From a virus: a DNA stretch of 41,889 nt. The notes beneath the pieces were generated by a model. The model was not told the origin of the DNA and did not search any database. It worked only from the letters and a program-made list of their open reading frames with translations. The translations under genes and the position numbers were made by a program. Every line of letters starts with the position of its first letter. Position 1 is the first letter of the stretch. The stretch is taken from positions 1 to 41,889 of the IMG/VR virus record IMGVR_UViG_3300005764_000007; one strand, 5' to 3'. Positions 23,370-31,116 of the stretch are shown here, piece after piece.

Positions 23370-23846
23370 ATGAAAACACTACGACATCTGACGCCGCTCG
23401 CGTTATGTGCGGTCGGATGCTGCGCTGCTACGCGCGAGTATCCGAAGGACTGCGCCGCTTTGTTCCCGTCCGCTGCGCAAGCCATGACTGCGGCGGGCTT
23501 CGAAGTCACTGTTAGTGACGCAACCGGAGGAGTGCTGAATGCGAAGTACGCGGGCGAGCCGATGATCTACAACGCTTTTGGCAAGGGGGTCGCGCCGTAC
23601 TTCGAGAAGTACGTGCAGGGCGGGTACAAGAAATACAAGCTGCGCGGGCTCACGCTGACGAGCGCAAACTTCACATTCACTACTGCGGGCGACGCGTGCA
23701 AGGTCGCGCTCACGGTCGGGCTCGCTGGAGTGGACATCAAGGCCGACACCGATCCGCGCCATCACACGGGTCAGTGGGTGCGCACGTACACTCCCGTGCC
23801 GTCCAATGGGACCGCTGAAGCTGAAATCCTGGAGCGCGTGAAGTGA
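23370..23846 (+). CDS. Lipoprotein (signal peptide plus lipobox ..LALCAVGC), candidate moron / superinfection-exclusion factor
   Basis: MKTLRHLTPLALCAVGCCAATRE. AGGAG RBS. It is preceded by one of the few intergenic gaps (23322-23369, AT-richer). Confidence 0.7.
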   Translation: MKTLRHLTPLALCAVGCCAATREYPKDCAALFPSAAQAMTAAGFEVTVSDATGGVLNAKYAGEPMIYNAFGKGVAPYFEKYVQGGYKKYKLRGLTLTSANFTFTTAGDACKVALTVGLAGVDIKADTDPRHHTGQWVRTYTPVPSNGTAEAEILERVK

Positions 23847-24406
23847 CGCTCGATCAACTGACGAAAATCGCAAAGAACGAATTCGGCGCAGCGATCGCAG
23901 ACATGAAGCGCAGGCGCGGCGACACGCCCGCTCCGCAGTTCACGCTGTGGCGCGATGACATGAGCTCCGATGTGCTGCCCATGCCCGAAGAGCTACACGC
24001 GACCATGGGTCACGGCAAAGCGAAGGATGAACTATTTGCGTTCATCCGTGAAGGCATCGCCAAGCAGCCCGATATCACGGGCTTCAGCTATCGCTGCGAA
24101 GCCTGGATGTGCATTGAGACTGCGGAGGGCAATGCGCATCGCGCGGAATTCGCGGCGGCGTATGACACGGGCCTGGAGACGCTTGTGAAGCGCGGCTGGC
24201 TCATGCGCTGTGAAGGGCTCGTGATCATTGCGCAATCGCGCGAGGACGTGGTGCTGATCAGTCAGCCGTTCCAGCGCGAGCCCGGATTGCTGCGCTGGCT
24301 GAAGGAGCCCGAGACGAAGCGCGGCCCGCAGTCCGGATATGCGGGGCGCTCAAAGATGTGGGGCGATCCGCGCTTGATGGGCGGAAGTCGGGAGACAGCG
24401 TGGTAA
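23843..24406 (+). CDS. Hypothetical protein (187 aa, GTG start)
   Basis: GTGA overlap with the lipoprotein gene stop. It is the last gene before the terminators. Confidence 0.6.
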   Translation: MTLDQLTKIAKNEFGAAIADMKRRRGDTPAPQFTLWRDDMSSDVLPMPEELHATMGHGKAKDELFAFIREGIAKQPDITGFSYRCEAWMCIETAEGNAHRAEFAAAYDTGLETLVKRGWLMRCEGLVIIAQSREDVVLISQPFQREPGLLRWLKEPETKRGPQSGYAGRSKMWGDPRLMGGSRETAW

Positions 24407-24434
24407 ACTGAAGGCGTTCAGTGTTTCGGTAAGT

Positions 24435-24462
24435 CTCACTGACAAAGTGAGCATTTTCCTTT
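24435..24462 (+). terminator. Weak hairpin CTCACT-gacaa-AGTGAG followed by CATTTTCCTTT
   Basis: 24435-24440 is complementary to 24446-24451, with a T-rich tail. Confidence 0.35.
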
Positions 24463-24466
24463 CAGC

Positions 24467-24496
24467 GCCGCCCACGGACATCTGGGCGGCTTTTTT
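24467..24496 (+). terminator. Strong rho-independent terminator (GCCGCCCA-8 nt loop-TGGGCGGC-TTTTTT) closing the early operon
   Basis: 24467-24474 is the exact complement of 24483-24490, with a T6 run at 24491-24496. Confidence 0.85.
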
Positions 24497-24619
24497 CGCC
24501 CCAAGCGCAAACGTGCAATCCTCCAGCCCGCCAGAATGGGCCGTCGTACCACAGCAACGCGCCAGGAGCGATTCTCTGTGGGTCGGAGGATGTCCAGCCA
24601 GGGGACAGTGGCTCTGAAC

Positions 24620-24667
24620 GCGTCCTAGCGCGTCCTATTGCCAAACTCGACCGACTTAGCGTAAGAT
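24620..24667 (+). promoter_or_regulatory. Candidate late promoter TTGCCA(24638-24643)-18 nt-TAAGAT(24662-24667), preceded by the direct repeat GCGTCCTA x2 (24620-24627, 24630-24637)
   Basis: The -35 matches TTGACA at 5/6 and the -10 matches TATAAT at 4/6. The tandem 8-mers sit 10 bp apart and abut the -35. The site lies between the early terminator and the first late ORF. Host sigma specificity is unknown. Confidence 0.35.
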
Positions 24668-24743
24668 CGGGCTTCGGAAGTCATGGGCCATGCGGGAGTA
24701 GGCCCGAGTCACAGTAAGCGATAGCATCCCGCCGCCTATCAGC

Positions 24744-25052
24744 TTGTCATACGTGTCACTACACGCCAGAGTAGCTTTAGTAAGTCATGCTGGCACACAC
24801 ATACGCTACATCCACAAAGAAGTGGCGCACGCTATGATTAGCGCGGGTCATGCAGAAGCTATCATTACTAACGGCAAGTCTCGTACTGTTACGCTCACTC
24901 AGCCCGCTAGCACTCACGCTGAGCGCATCGGCGAGCCTACTGGACGCTGTACGGGCGTGCGTTTCACTCGCTGGGTTCATCTGGAGCAGTCGAGCGCGCG
25001 AGTCATAGAACATCATCCGCGCTGTCTGTTCTTCGCGTCTGACTATGCCTGA
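24744..25052 (+). CDS. Hypothetical protein with atypical, lower-GC3 codon usage (TTG start as listed; GTG 24822 or ATG 24834 also possible)
   Basis: It is the only long ORF in this interval. It uses many GCT/ACT/CAT/ATT codons, unlike the rest of the genome. Its stop overlaps the HNH gene start. Confidence 0.45.
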   Translation: MSYVSLHARVALVSHAGTHIRYIHKEVAHAMISAGHAEAIITNGKSRTVTLTQPASTHAERIGEPTGRCTGVRFTRWVHLEQSSARVIEHHPRCLFFASDYA

Positions 25053-25380
25053 AGGCGCACATCAAGAGTGCAGACATCCGCGCTGCTCAGCGTACGCAGT
25101 AGCAGAAGGCTTCTGCTCAGCGCACAGATACTATCTGCGCGAGCGCATCGCAGGACCGAAGGGCTCTAATCTCACCACGCATAACAAGCGCTTCATGTGG
25201 ATGCGTCGCGCATTCATGAGTCAGCATCCGTTCTGCGCTGTGTGCAGTGACGTTGCAAGCGTGCTCGATCACATCACTCCGCATCGGGGCAACCGCAATC
25301 TGTTCTGGGATCAAACGAATTGGCAAGCGCTGTGCAAGCCTTGTCATGCGCGCAAGACGGCGCGTGAGATTTATGCATAG
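25045..25380 (+). CDS. HNH endonuclease (terminase-associated type)
   Basis: CAVCSDVASVLDHITPHRGNRNLFWDQTNWQALCKPCHARKT is the classic phage HNH layout. It lies just upstream of the terminase genes. Confidence 0.9.
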   Translation: MPEGAHQECRHPRCSAYAVAEGFCSAHRYYLRERIAGPKGSNLTTHNKRFMWMRRAFMSQHPFCAVCSDVASVLDHITPHRGNRNLFWDQTNWQALCKPCHARKTAREIYA

Positions 25381-25657
25381 GGGGAGTATGGGTGAGCTCT
25401 CGCGCCGTCCACCGCTTCAGCAATCAGCATCGAGTGTCAGCGCTGCGTCGGTCGCCGTCTCTATCGCGCGCAGCGCTGCGCGTCCGCTGTGCGTGCCGTC
25501 TTCTGCTCCTGGACGGGGGCGGACGCTCCGGTGCGGCGACGTGCTTCTCCGACGCGTCGCCGCGCTGGGGATAAGGGGGTTCGAAAACATTTCGCGCACT
25601 CGCGGAAATGCGATCGCGCTTGAATTTTTGCGCGCTCAATAGTGAATCAGGGGAGTT

Positions 25658-27103
25658 ATGACTGCTAGCGTACAGACTGCTCCTACTATGCAAGCTGCGA
25701 TTAGTACCGAGCATTGGCCGCTGTCGCGCTTTATCCCCTACGCGCGCAATCCGCGCAAGAACGATCACGCCGTAGAGCAGATGATGGCTTCCATTCGAGA
25801 ATTCGGATTCAAAATTCCGATACTCGCGCGCAGCGACGGCAGCGTAGTGGATGGGCACTTGCGCCTGAAAGCAGCGGAGCGCTTGAAGCTGGAGCCGCTG
25901 CCCGTGATCTTGTGCGATGAGTGGAGCGCTACTCAAGTCAAAGCATTCCGGCTGCTCGTCAACCGATCGGTTGCTTGGGCCGATTGGGACGAAGAGCTCC
26001 TCGCGCTGGAGATGCAAGACCTGAAGGAGCTCGATTATGACTTAGCGCTGACGGGCTTCGACGCATCCGAGATCGACGACTTATTCAAGCCCAAGAACGA
26101 AGAAGAGCGCGCCAAGATTCCAGAAGCCGAAGCGCTGCTCAACACAGCGTGGCGCGAGTGGTGCGCGGAGTGTCTCGCAGCGGTGGACGCGCTTAGCGCG
26201 CTGCGCGTAGTGTCCGTGGGGCTCAATCGCAGCGCCGCTAAGATACGCTTTGTAAACGCGCTCTACTATCAAAAGCATTTCCCGCGCTATGCTACGTGGG
26301 CTTATCATCCGCACAAGCTGACGACAGCGGGCGATGCGCGCAGCTTGCGTCAGTTGCTCGAAGACGTCAATGCTACAGCGCATGATGGAAAGTGCAGACC
26401 CGGAGACACGAACATTGAGCGCTTGCGCTTCCATTCGCAAGACGAGCCGATCTGGGACCGCTTTCTGCAATCCGGGCTTGCGTGCGCTGGAGCGCGTCAG
26501 CCGCTGGACTTTCCAGCCGAGCTCGCGCAGTCGCTGATCAATGAGTTTGCGCCCGAAGGAGCGCGCGTGCTCGATCCCTGCCACGGCTGGGGCGGGCGCT
26601 TAGCGGGTTTCCTGCTATCGCACGCGAGCGAGTATCTGGGCTTCGACCCGTCGCCGGAGACTCATGCGGGCGTCGAGCTCATGCGCGATGACTTGCTGGG
26701 CTACACGCGCGACAAGACAGCCGAGCTCCGAGAGCAGTGCTTCGAGGATGCGAAGCTGCCCGCGAATCATTTCGACTTTGCGCTGACATCGCCACCGTAC
26801 TATGACACGGAGAAATACACCGGAGAGCAGCAATCATACAAACGCTATTTGACATTCGAGCAATGGAGCGCTAAGTTTTATCGCCCGCTGATCGAGCGCA
26901 CGCTGCGCGCGCTGAAGCCCGGATGCGTGTTTGCGCTGCAAGTGGGCAATCAGACCTATCCGCTCGAAGCTGAAGCGAAGAAGCACGCCGCAGCGTGCAA
27001 AGCGGAGTACATGGAGACGCGCGCGAGCGACATGGTCAACGCGTTTCACAACACCGCGCCCGAAGAAGGCGAAGTGATCGTGCTACTACGGAAGGTAAGA
27101 TAG
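25658..27103 (+). CDS. ParB-like N-terminal domain fused to a SAM-dependent DNA methyltransferase (SPPY catalytic motif; N4-C or N6-A)
   Basis: ParB box: FIPYARNPRKNDHAVEQMMASIREFGFKIPILA..GSVVDGHLRLKAA. MTase motif I VLDPCHGWGG and motif IV FALTSPPYYD. GGGGAG RBS. Confidence 0.85.
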   Translation: MTASVQTAPTMQAAISTEHWPLSRFIPYARNPRKNDHAVEQMMASIREFGFKIPILARSDGSVVDGHLRLKAAERLKLEPLPVILCDEWSATQVKAFRLLVNRSVAWADWDEELLALEMQDLKELDYDLALTGFDASEIDDLFKPKNEEERAKIPEAEALLNTAWREWCAECLAAVDALSALRVVSVGLNRSAAKIRFVNALYYQKHFPRYATWAYHPHKLTTAGDARSLRQLLEDVNATAHDGKCRPGDTNIERLRFHSQDEPIWDRFLQSGLACAGARQPLDFPAELAQSLINEFAPEGARVLDPCHGWGGRLAGFLLSHASEYLGFDPSPETHAGVELMRDDLLGYTRDKTAELREQCFEDAKLPANHFDFALTSPPYYDTEKYTGEQQSYKRYLTFEQWSAKFYRPLIERTLRALKPGCVFALQVGNQTYPLEAEAKKHAAACKAEYMETRASDMVNAFHNTAPEEGEVIVLLRKVR

Positions 27104-27110
27104 ACCCGTC

Positions 27111-27572
27111 ATGATGGGCCGTCCTAACATCCCGACTGAACTGAAGCTGCTCCGCAGCACATCGCGCAAAGCGAAGAAGTTGGTAGCGAAGCAGACGCCC
27201 ACTCCGGGGCCGCTGCGTGAAGCGCCCGAGTGGTTCACCGATGATCAGAAGCGCGCATGGAAGTATGCCATCGAGAACGCGCCCGTAGGCGTGCTGAAGC
27301 GCATCGATAAAGCTGTGTTAGCGGGCTTCATTGTCGCTGAAGATGTGCATCGTCAAGCGACGCTCGCGCACCAGCAGGGCAAGATGCTGATCAAAAGCCC
27401 GCAGGGCTTGCCGATGCAGAACCCGTATCTGCCGATCATGAACCGTCAGTACATGTTGATGCTGCGCGCATCGAGCGAGCTCGGCTTTACTCCGTGCTCC
27501 AGAGCGCGCATCGATTCCGGTAAAGCGCCAGCCGTTCCATCGAACGATTGGGAGGACATCGCTACAGGCTAG
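27111..27572 (+). CDS. terS: Terminase small subunit (P27-like family)
   Basis: APEWFTDDQKRAWKYAIE...LKRIDKAVLAGF...NPYLPIMNRQYMLMLRASSELGFTPCSRARI resembles P27-family TerS. It lies directly upstream of TerL. Confidence 0.8.
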   Translation: MMGRPNIPTELKLLRSTSRKAKKLVAKQTPTPGPLREAPEWFTDDQKRAWKYAIENAPVGVLKRIDKAVLAGFIVAEDVHRQATLAHQQGKMLIKSPQGLPMQNPYLPIMNRQYMLMLRASSELGFTPCSRARIDSGKAPAVPSNDWEDIATG

Positions 27573-27578
27573 CTTCCG

Positions 27579-29276
27579 ATGCCGACCGCTACGCGCACAT
27601 CTCCGTTTGTTGCGCGTGCGGCGGAGTACGTCCGTGATGTCAAGGCTGACAAGTTTCCGGCGTGCCGATGGGTCAAGCTGGCCTGCGAACGTCACGAGCG
27701 CGACTTAGAGCGCGCCAAGCACAAGCGCTCACCGATCTACTTCGATGAAGAAGCCGCGCATCGCGTCTGCGCGATAGTTGAGCACTTCCCGCACATCAAG
27801 GGCGACTGGGCGCAGCGACGGCAGCGCATCGCGCTCCAGGGCTGGCAGTGCTTCATCCTGTGCTCCGTCTTCGGCTGGAAGTGGAGCGCGACCGACATGC
27901 GCCGCTATCGCGTGGTGTATATCGAAGTCGCGCGCAAGAACGCGAAGAGCACGCTTACTTCAGCAGTGGGCCTGTATCTCTTCGCGTGCGACGGCGAGCA
28001 GGGCGCGCACGTAGTCAGCGCGGCGAACACGCGCGATCAGGCCAAGATCATCTTCGGCGACGCGCAGATGATGGCGCGCAAAGAGGCGGGCTTCCGCAGC
28101 AAGTTCGGCGTGGAAGTGCGCGCGCATGTCATCGCGCAGCCCGACACAGCGAGTAAGTTCGAAGCGCTGAGCGCTGAGTACTCCAACTTAGACGGGCTCA
28201 ACTTGCACGCTGCGCTGATCGATGAGCTACACGCGCACCCGTCGCGGCAACTGTGGGACGTGCTGGAGACGGCCACGGGCTCGCGCGCGCAGCCGCTGAT
28301 CTGGGCCGTAACGACTGCGGGCCTGAATCGCGCGAGCGTCTGTTACGATCAGCGCGCGCATGTGATCGATGTACTAGAGCAGCGCATGGAAGATGACTCC
28401 TACTTCGGGATCATCTACACGCGCGATGAGGGCGATGACCCGTGGGATGAGAACACGTGGCGCAAAGCCAACCCCAATTACGAAATATCCGTGTACCCGG
28501 AGAGTCTGCGCAGCGAGAGCAAGCGCGCTCAGCAGATGCCCTCCGCGCAAGTCGCATTCTTTAACAAGCATCTCGACATCTGGACCAACGCAGCGATTAC
28601 CTGGCTCCCTGCGGGCGCGTGGGACGCGTGCGCCGATCCTGACTTAGACATCGAGGACTTTGCGCGAGAAGCGTGCTATGTGGGCATCGATCTCGCGCTG
28701 CGCTCCGATATCGCAGCCGTGATCATTGCGTTTCCGCCCAATGGAGTGCGCGACTGGTGGGCCGTCTTCGGTCGCTACTATCTGCCCGAAGAAACCGTGC
28801 AGCGCGCGGAGAACACGCACTATCAGGGCTGGGAAGCAGTGGGACGGCTGATCGCGACGCCCAACAAAGTTACAGACTTTGCCTACATCATCGCCAATCT
28901 GGGCGACATCGCCGCGCAGTATGACGTGCGTGAGATTGCGCTGGACCCCTACGATGCTGGACCGCTCATCAACGATATCGAGAAAGCGGGACTGAAGAAG
29001 CCCGTCGAAGTGCGGCAGATCGCGCCCAACTTCTCGCCCGCCATGGTGGAGCTCGAAGGGCTCGTGCTCTCTAAGCGCATCCGTCATGACGGCGATCCGG
29101 TGCTGGCCTGGATGTTCTCTAACGTCAAAGTCGAGCGCAGCGGCGATCTGCTCCGTCCTACGAAGGAATTCGAAGAGAAGAAGATTGACGGCGTAGTGAG
29201 TCTGCTCATGTGCATTCATCGCGCGATGAAAACGGAGACGCCCCCTGACTACTCGAAGGGCATATGGGTTATATAG
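27579..29276 (+). CDS. terL: Terminase large subunit
   Basis: 565 aa with a Walker-A-like VARKNAKST, then ...IDELHAH..., and a C-terminal nuclease region. Its position and size fit HK97-type TerL. Confidence 0.9.
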   Translation: MPTATRTSPFVARAAEYVRDVKADKFPACRWVKLACERHERDLERAKHKRSPIYFDEEAAHRVCAIVEHFPHIKGDWAQRRQRIALQGWQCFILCSVFGWKWSATDMRRYRVVYIEVARKNAKSTLTSAVGLYLFACDGEQGAHVVSAANTRDQAKIIFGDAQMMARKEAGFRSKFGVEVRAHVIAQPDTASKFEALSAEYSNLDGLNLHAALIDELHAHPSRQLWDVLETATGSRAQPLIWAVTTAGLNRASVCYDQRAHVIDVLEQRMEDDSYFGIIYTRDEGDDPWDENTWRKANPNYEISVYPESLRSESKRAQQMPSAQVAFFNKHLDIWTNAAITWLPAGAWDACADPDLDIEDFAREACYVGIDLALRSDIAAVIIAFPPNGVRDWWAVFGRYYLPEETVQRAENTHYQGWEAVGRLIATPNKVTDFAYIIANLGDIAAQYDVREIALDPYDAGPLINDIEKAGLKKPVEVRQIAPNFSPAMVELEGLVLSKRIRHDGDPVLAWMFSNVKVERSGDLLRPTKEFEEKKIDGVVSLLMCIHRAMKTETPPDYSKGIWVI

Positions 29277-30511
29277 ATCAGCTTCTCGCGAGCGCTAAGC
29301 GCTGGATGTCCGGTTTCATTCCGGTGCGCGGAGCGCAGAGTACTCCTGACGGCGCGGGCATCACGATCAACCCGACTGACTTCGGAGCAGACGCCGCGCT
29401 GCGCAGCGCGGCTTACTGGGCCTGTACGCGTCTAATCTCGTGCAGCGTCGCATCGCTGCCCACGCACATCTTCAAGGAAACCTCCGAAGGCAAGGTCAAG
29501 GCCGTCGAGCATCCGCTGTACGGAGTGCTCACGAAGCAGCCGAATCCGTGGATGACTAGCCAAGAGTTCTATCAGTGCATCGTCATGGGGCTGATGACTT
29601 ACGGCAACGGCTACGCGCTGCCCGACTTCCAGGAGGGCGATGCGATAGGATTGTGGCCGCTGCGACCGGAGCGCGTGAACACGTACTACTCGGCAGTGGA
29701 CGGCTCGCTGATGTACCGATACGTTGACTACTTCGGCAAGGTGTTCTTCTTTCGCCCGGAGCAGATCCTGCACTTCAGGACCTTCACGCTGGACGGCATC
29801 AACGGGCTCGCGCCGCTCGACTATCACAAGATCACTTTCGGCTTCGAGTCAGCCGCGCAGCTATATGCGAGCAGTTTGTACGGCAACGGCGGACGGCCCA
29901 GCGGCATCCTGGAGTTTCCGAATTCGCTACAGCCCGCGCAGAAAGAAGCCATCCGCGCAAGCTGGGCCACGATGCACGGCGGACCCGCTAACGTGGGCGC
30001 AGTCGCAGTGCTCGATGGCGGCGTGAAGTATACGCCCGTCAGCGCGCCGCTCGATCAGTTGCGCTACATCGAGGCGCAGAAGTTTTCCGTCGAGCAGATC
30101 GCGCGCATCTTCGGCGTGGCTCCGCATCTGATCGGCGCAGCTACGCAGCCCACCTACGCGAGCGTCGAGCAGCAATCGCTCGAATTCTTGCGCTACACGA
30201 TCCAGCCCATAGTGACGGGCATCGAGAGCACAATCCGTACGGCGCTGCTTCAGGAGCCCTACTTCTACAAGTTCAATATTGCGGGCTTCGAGCGCTCCGA
30301 CATCAGAACGCGCTATCTCGCGTACGGCAGCGGGCGTCAGTGGGGCTTCTTAAGCGTGAATGACATACGCGATCTCGAAGACATGAACCGCATTGGACCC
30401 GAAGGCGACATCTATCTGTCGCCGCTCAACATGGTGCCCGCTGGTACGGATCAGGCCCCAGATGCTACAACGCTGACGCAGCCGAAAGAAGAAGGAGTGA
30501 CGCAGCCATGA
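29264..30511 (+). CDS. Portal protein (HK97 family)
   Basis: 415 aa, between TerL and the prohead protease. AAYWACTRLIS...HPLYGVL..PNPWMTSQEF...GNGYA resembles HK97-type portals. Confidence 0.88.
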   Translation: MGYIDQLLASAKRWMSGFIPVRGAQSTPDGAGITINPTDFGADAALRSAAYWACTRLISCSVASLPTHIFKETSEGKVKAVEHPLYGVLTKQPNPWMTSQEFYQCIVMGLMTYGNGYALPDFQEGDAIGLWPLRPERVNTYYSAVDGSLMYRYVDYFGKVFFFRPEQILHFRTFTLDGINGLAPLDYHKITFGFESAAQLYASSLYGNGGRPSGILEFPNSLQPAQKEAIRASWATMHGGPANVGAVAVLDGGVKYTPVSAPLDQLRYIEAQKFSVEQIARIFGVAPHLIGAATQPTYASVEQQSLEFLRYTIQPIVTGIESTIRTALLQEPYFYKFNIAGFERSDIRTRYLAYGSGRQWGFLSVNDIRDLEDMNRIGPEGDIYLSPLNMVPAGTDQAPDATTLTQPKEEGVTQP

Positions 30512-31116
30512 CGCAGCCGCTATTCAAAACGTACCCGCTCGAAGTGCGAGCGGCGAATGACTCGCAACCCGCAGGAGTGATCAGCGGCTATGCTTCCACG
30601 TACGCGAAGGACGCTTACGGCGACAGAGTACTGCCCGGAGCGTTCGCAGCGTCGATAGCTGAAAAGCGCGGCAAGTATCCCTTGCTCTTCGGGCATGACT
30701 CCTCTTCTATCGTGGGCTTCACAACCCATCTGGCCGAAGACCACAAAGGGCTCATGATGGACGCGCAGCTATCGCTCGCGACATCGGGCGGCAAGGATGC
30801 CTACGAGCTCATCAAGACCGCTGAAGCGGTGGACTACAAGCTGGGCTTATCCATCGGATTCATTACGCGCGAGTGGGACATGGACGGAGATGTGCGCGTG
30901 TTGAAAGACATCGATCTGTGGGAAATCTCCCTCACTGCGTTTCCCGCCAATCGTCAGGCGCGCGTAGAAGAGGCGCGCTCGTTGCGCGGCAGGAGTGCCG
31001 CTGCTCAATCCCTGCTAGCTGTGATACGGCGCGACCGTTTGCAGTTAGCTCTCAGAACACCAAAGGAGAGAATGAACAATGGCATCACCTGCACTAGCTT
31101 TGGTATCAGACGTTGA
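30508..31116 (+). CDS. Prohead maturation protease (HK97 / S78 family)
   Basis: GYASTY...DAYGDRVLPGAF...PLLFGHD...GLSIGF...DIDLWEISLTAFPAN matches the HK97 protease core. ATGA overlap with the portal gene. Confidence 0.88.
   Translation: MTQPLFKTYPLEVRAANDSQPAGVISGYASTYAKDAYGDRVLPGAFAASIAEKRGKYPLLFGHDSSSIVGFTTHLAEDHKGLMMDAQLSLATSGGKDAYELIKTAEAVDYKLGLSIGFITREWDMDGDVRVLKDIDLWEISLTAFPANRQARVEEARSLRGRSAAAQSLLAVIRRDRLQLALRTPKERMNNGITCTSFGIRR

Noticed and set aside
24462-24644. 60-aa minus-strand ORF across the terminator and leader
   Set aside because: It overlaps the strong terminator hairpin, is Arg/Gly/Pro-rich, and has no start context.
25570-25590. tRNA-like T-loop sequence GGGGGTTCGAAAAC
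   Set aside because: The flanking bases do not form a T-stem, and no acceptor or anticodon arms can be drawn. A second GTTTCGAATCC at about 19312 lies inside a gene and also lacks stems. No tRNA is called.
25388-25642. Possible 84-aa ORF (MGELSRRPPLQQSASS...) and minus-strand ORF 25424..26017 in the HNH to ParB-MTase gap
   Set aside because: Both have Ser/Ala/Arg-rich composition and no coupling to neighbours. The RBS spacing is too short, and the minus ORF runs into the well-supported ParB-MTase start. The region is treated as non-coding (cos candidate), though a small gene cannot be excluded.
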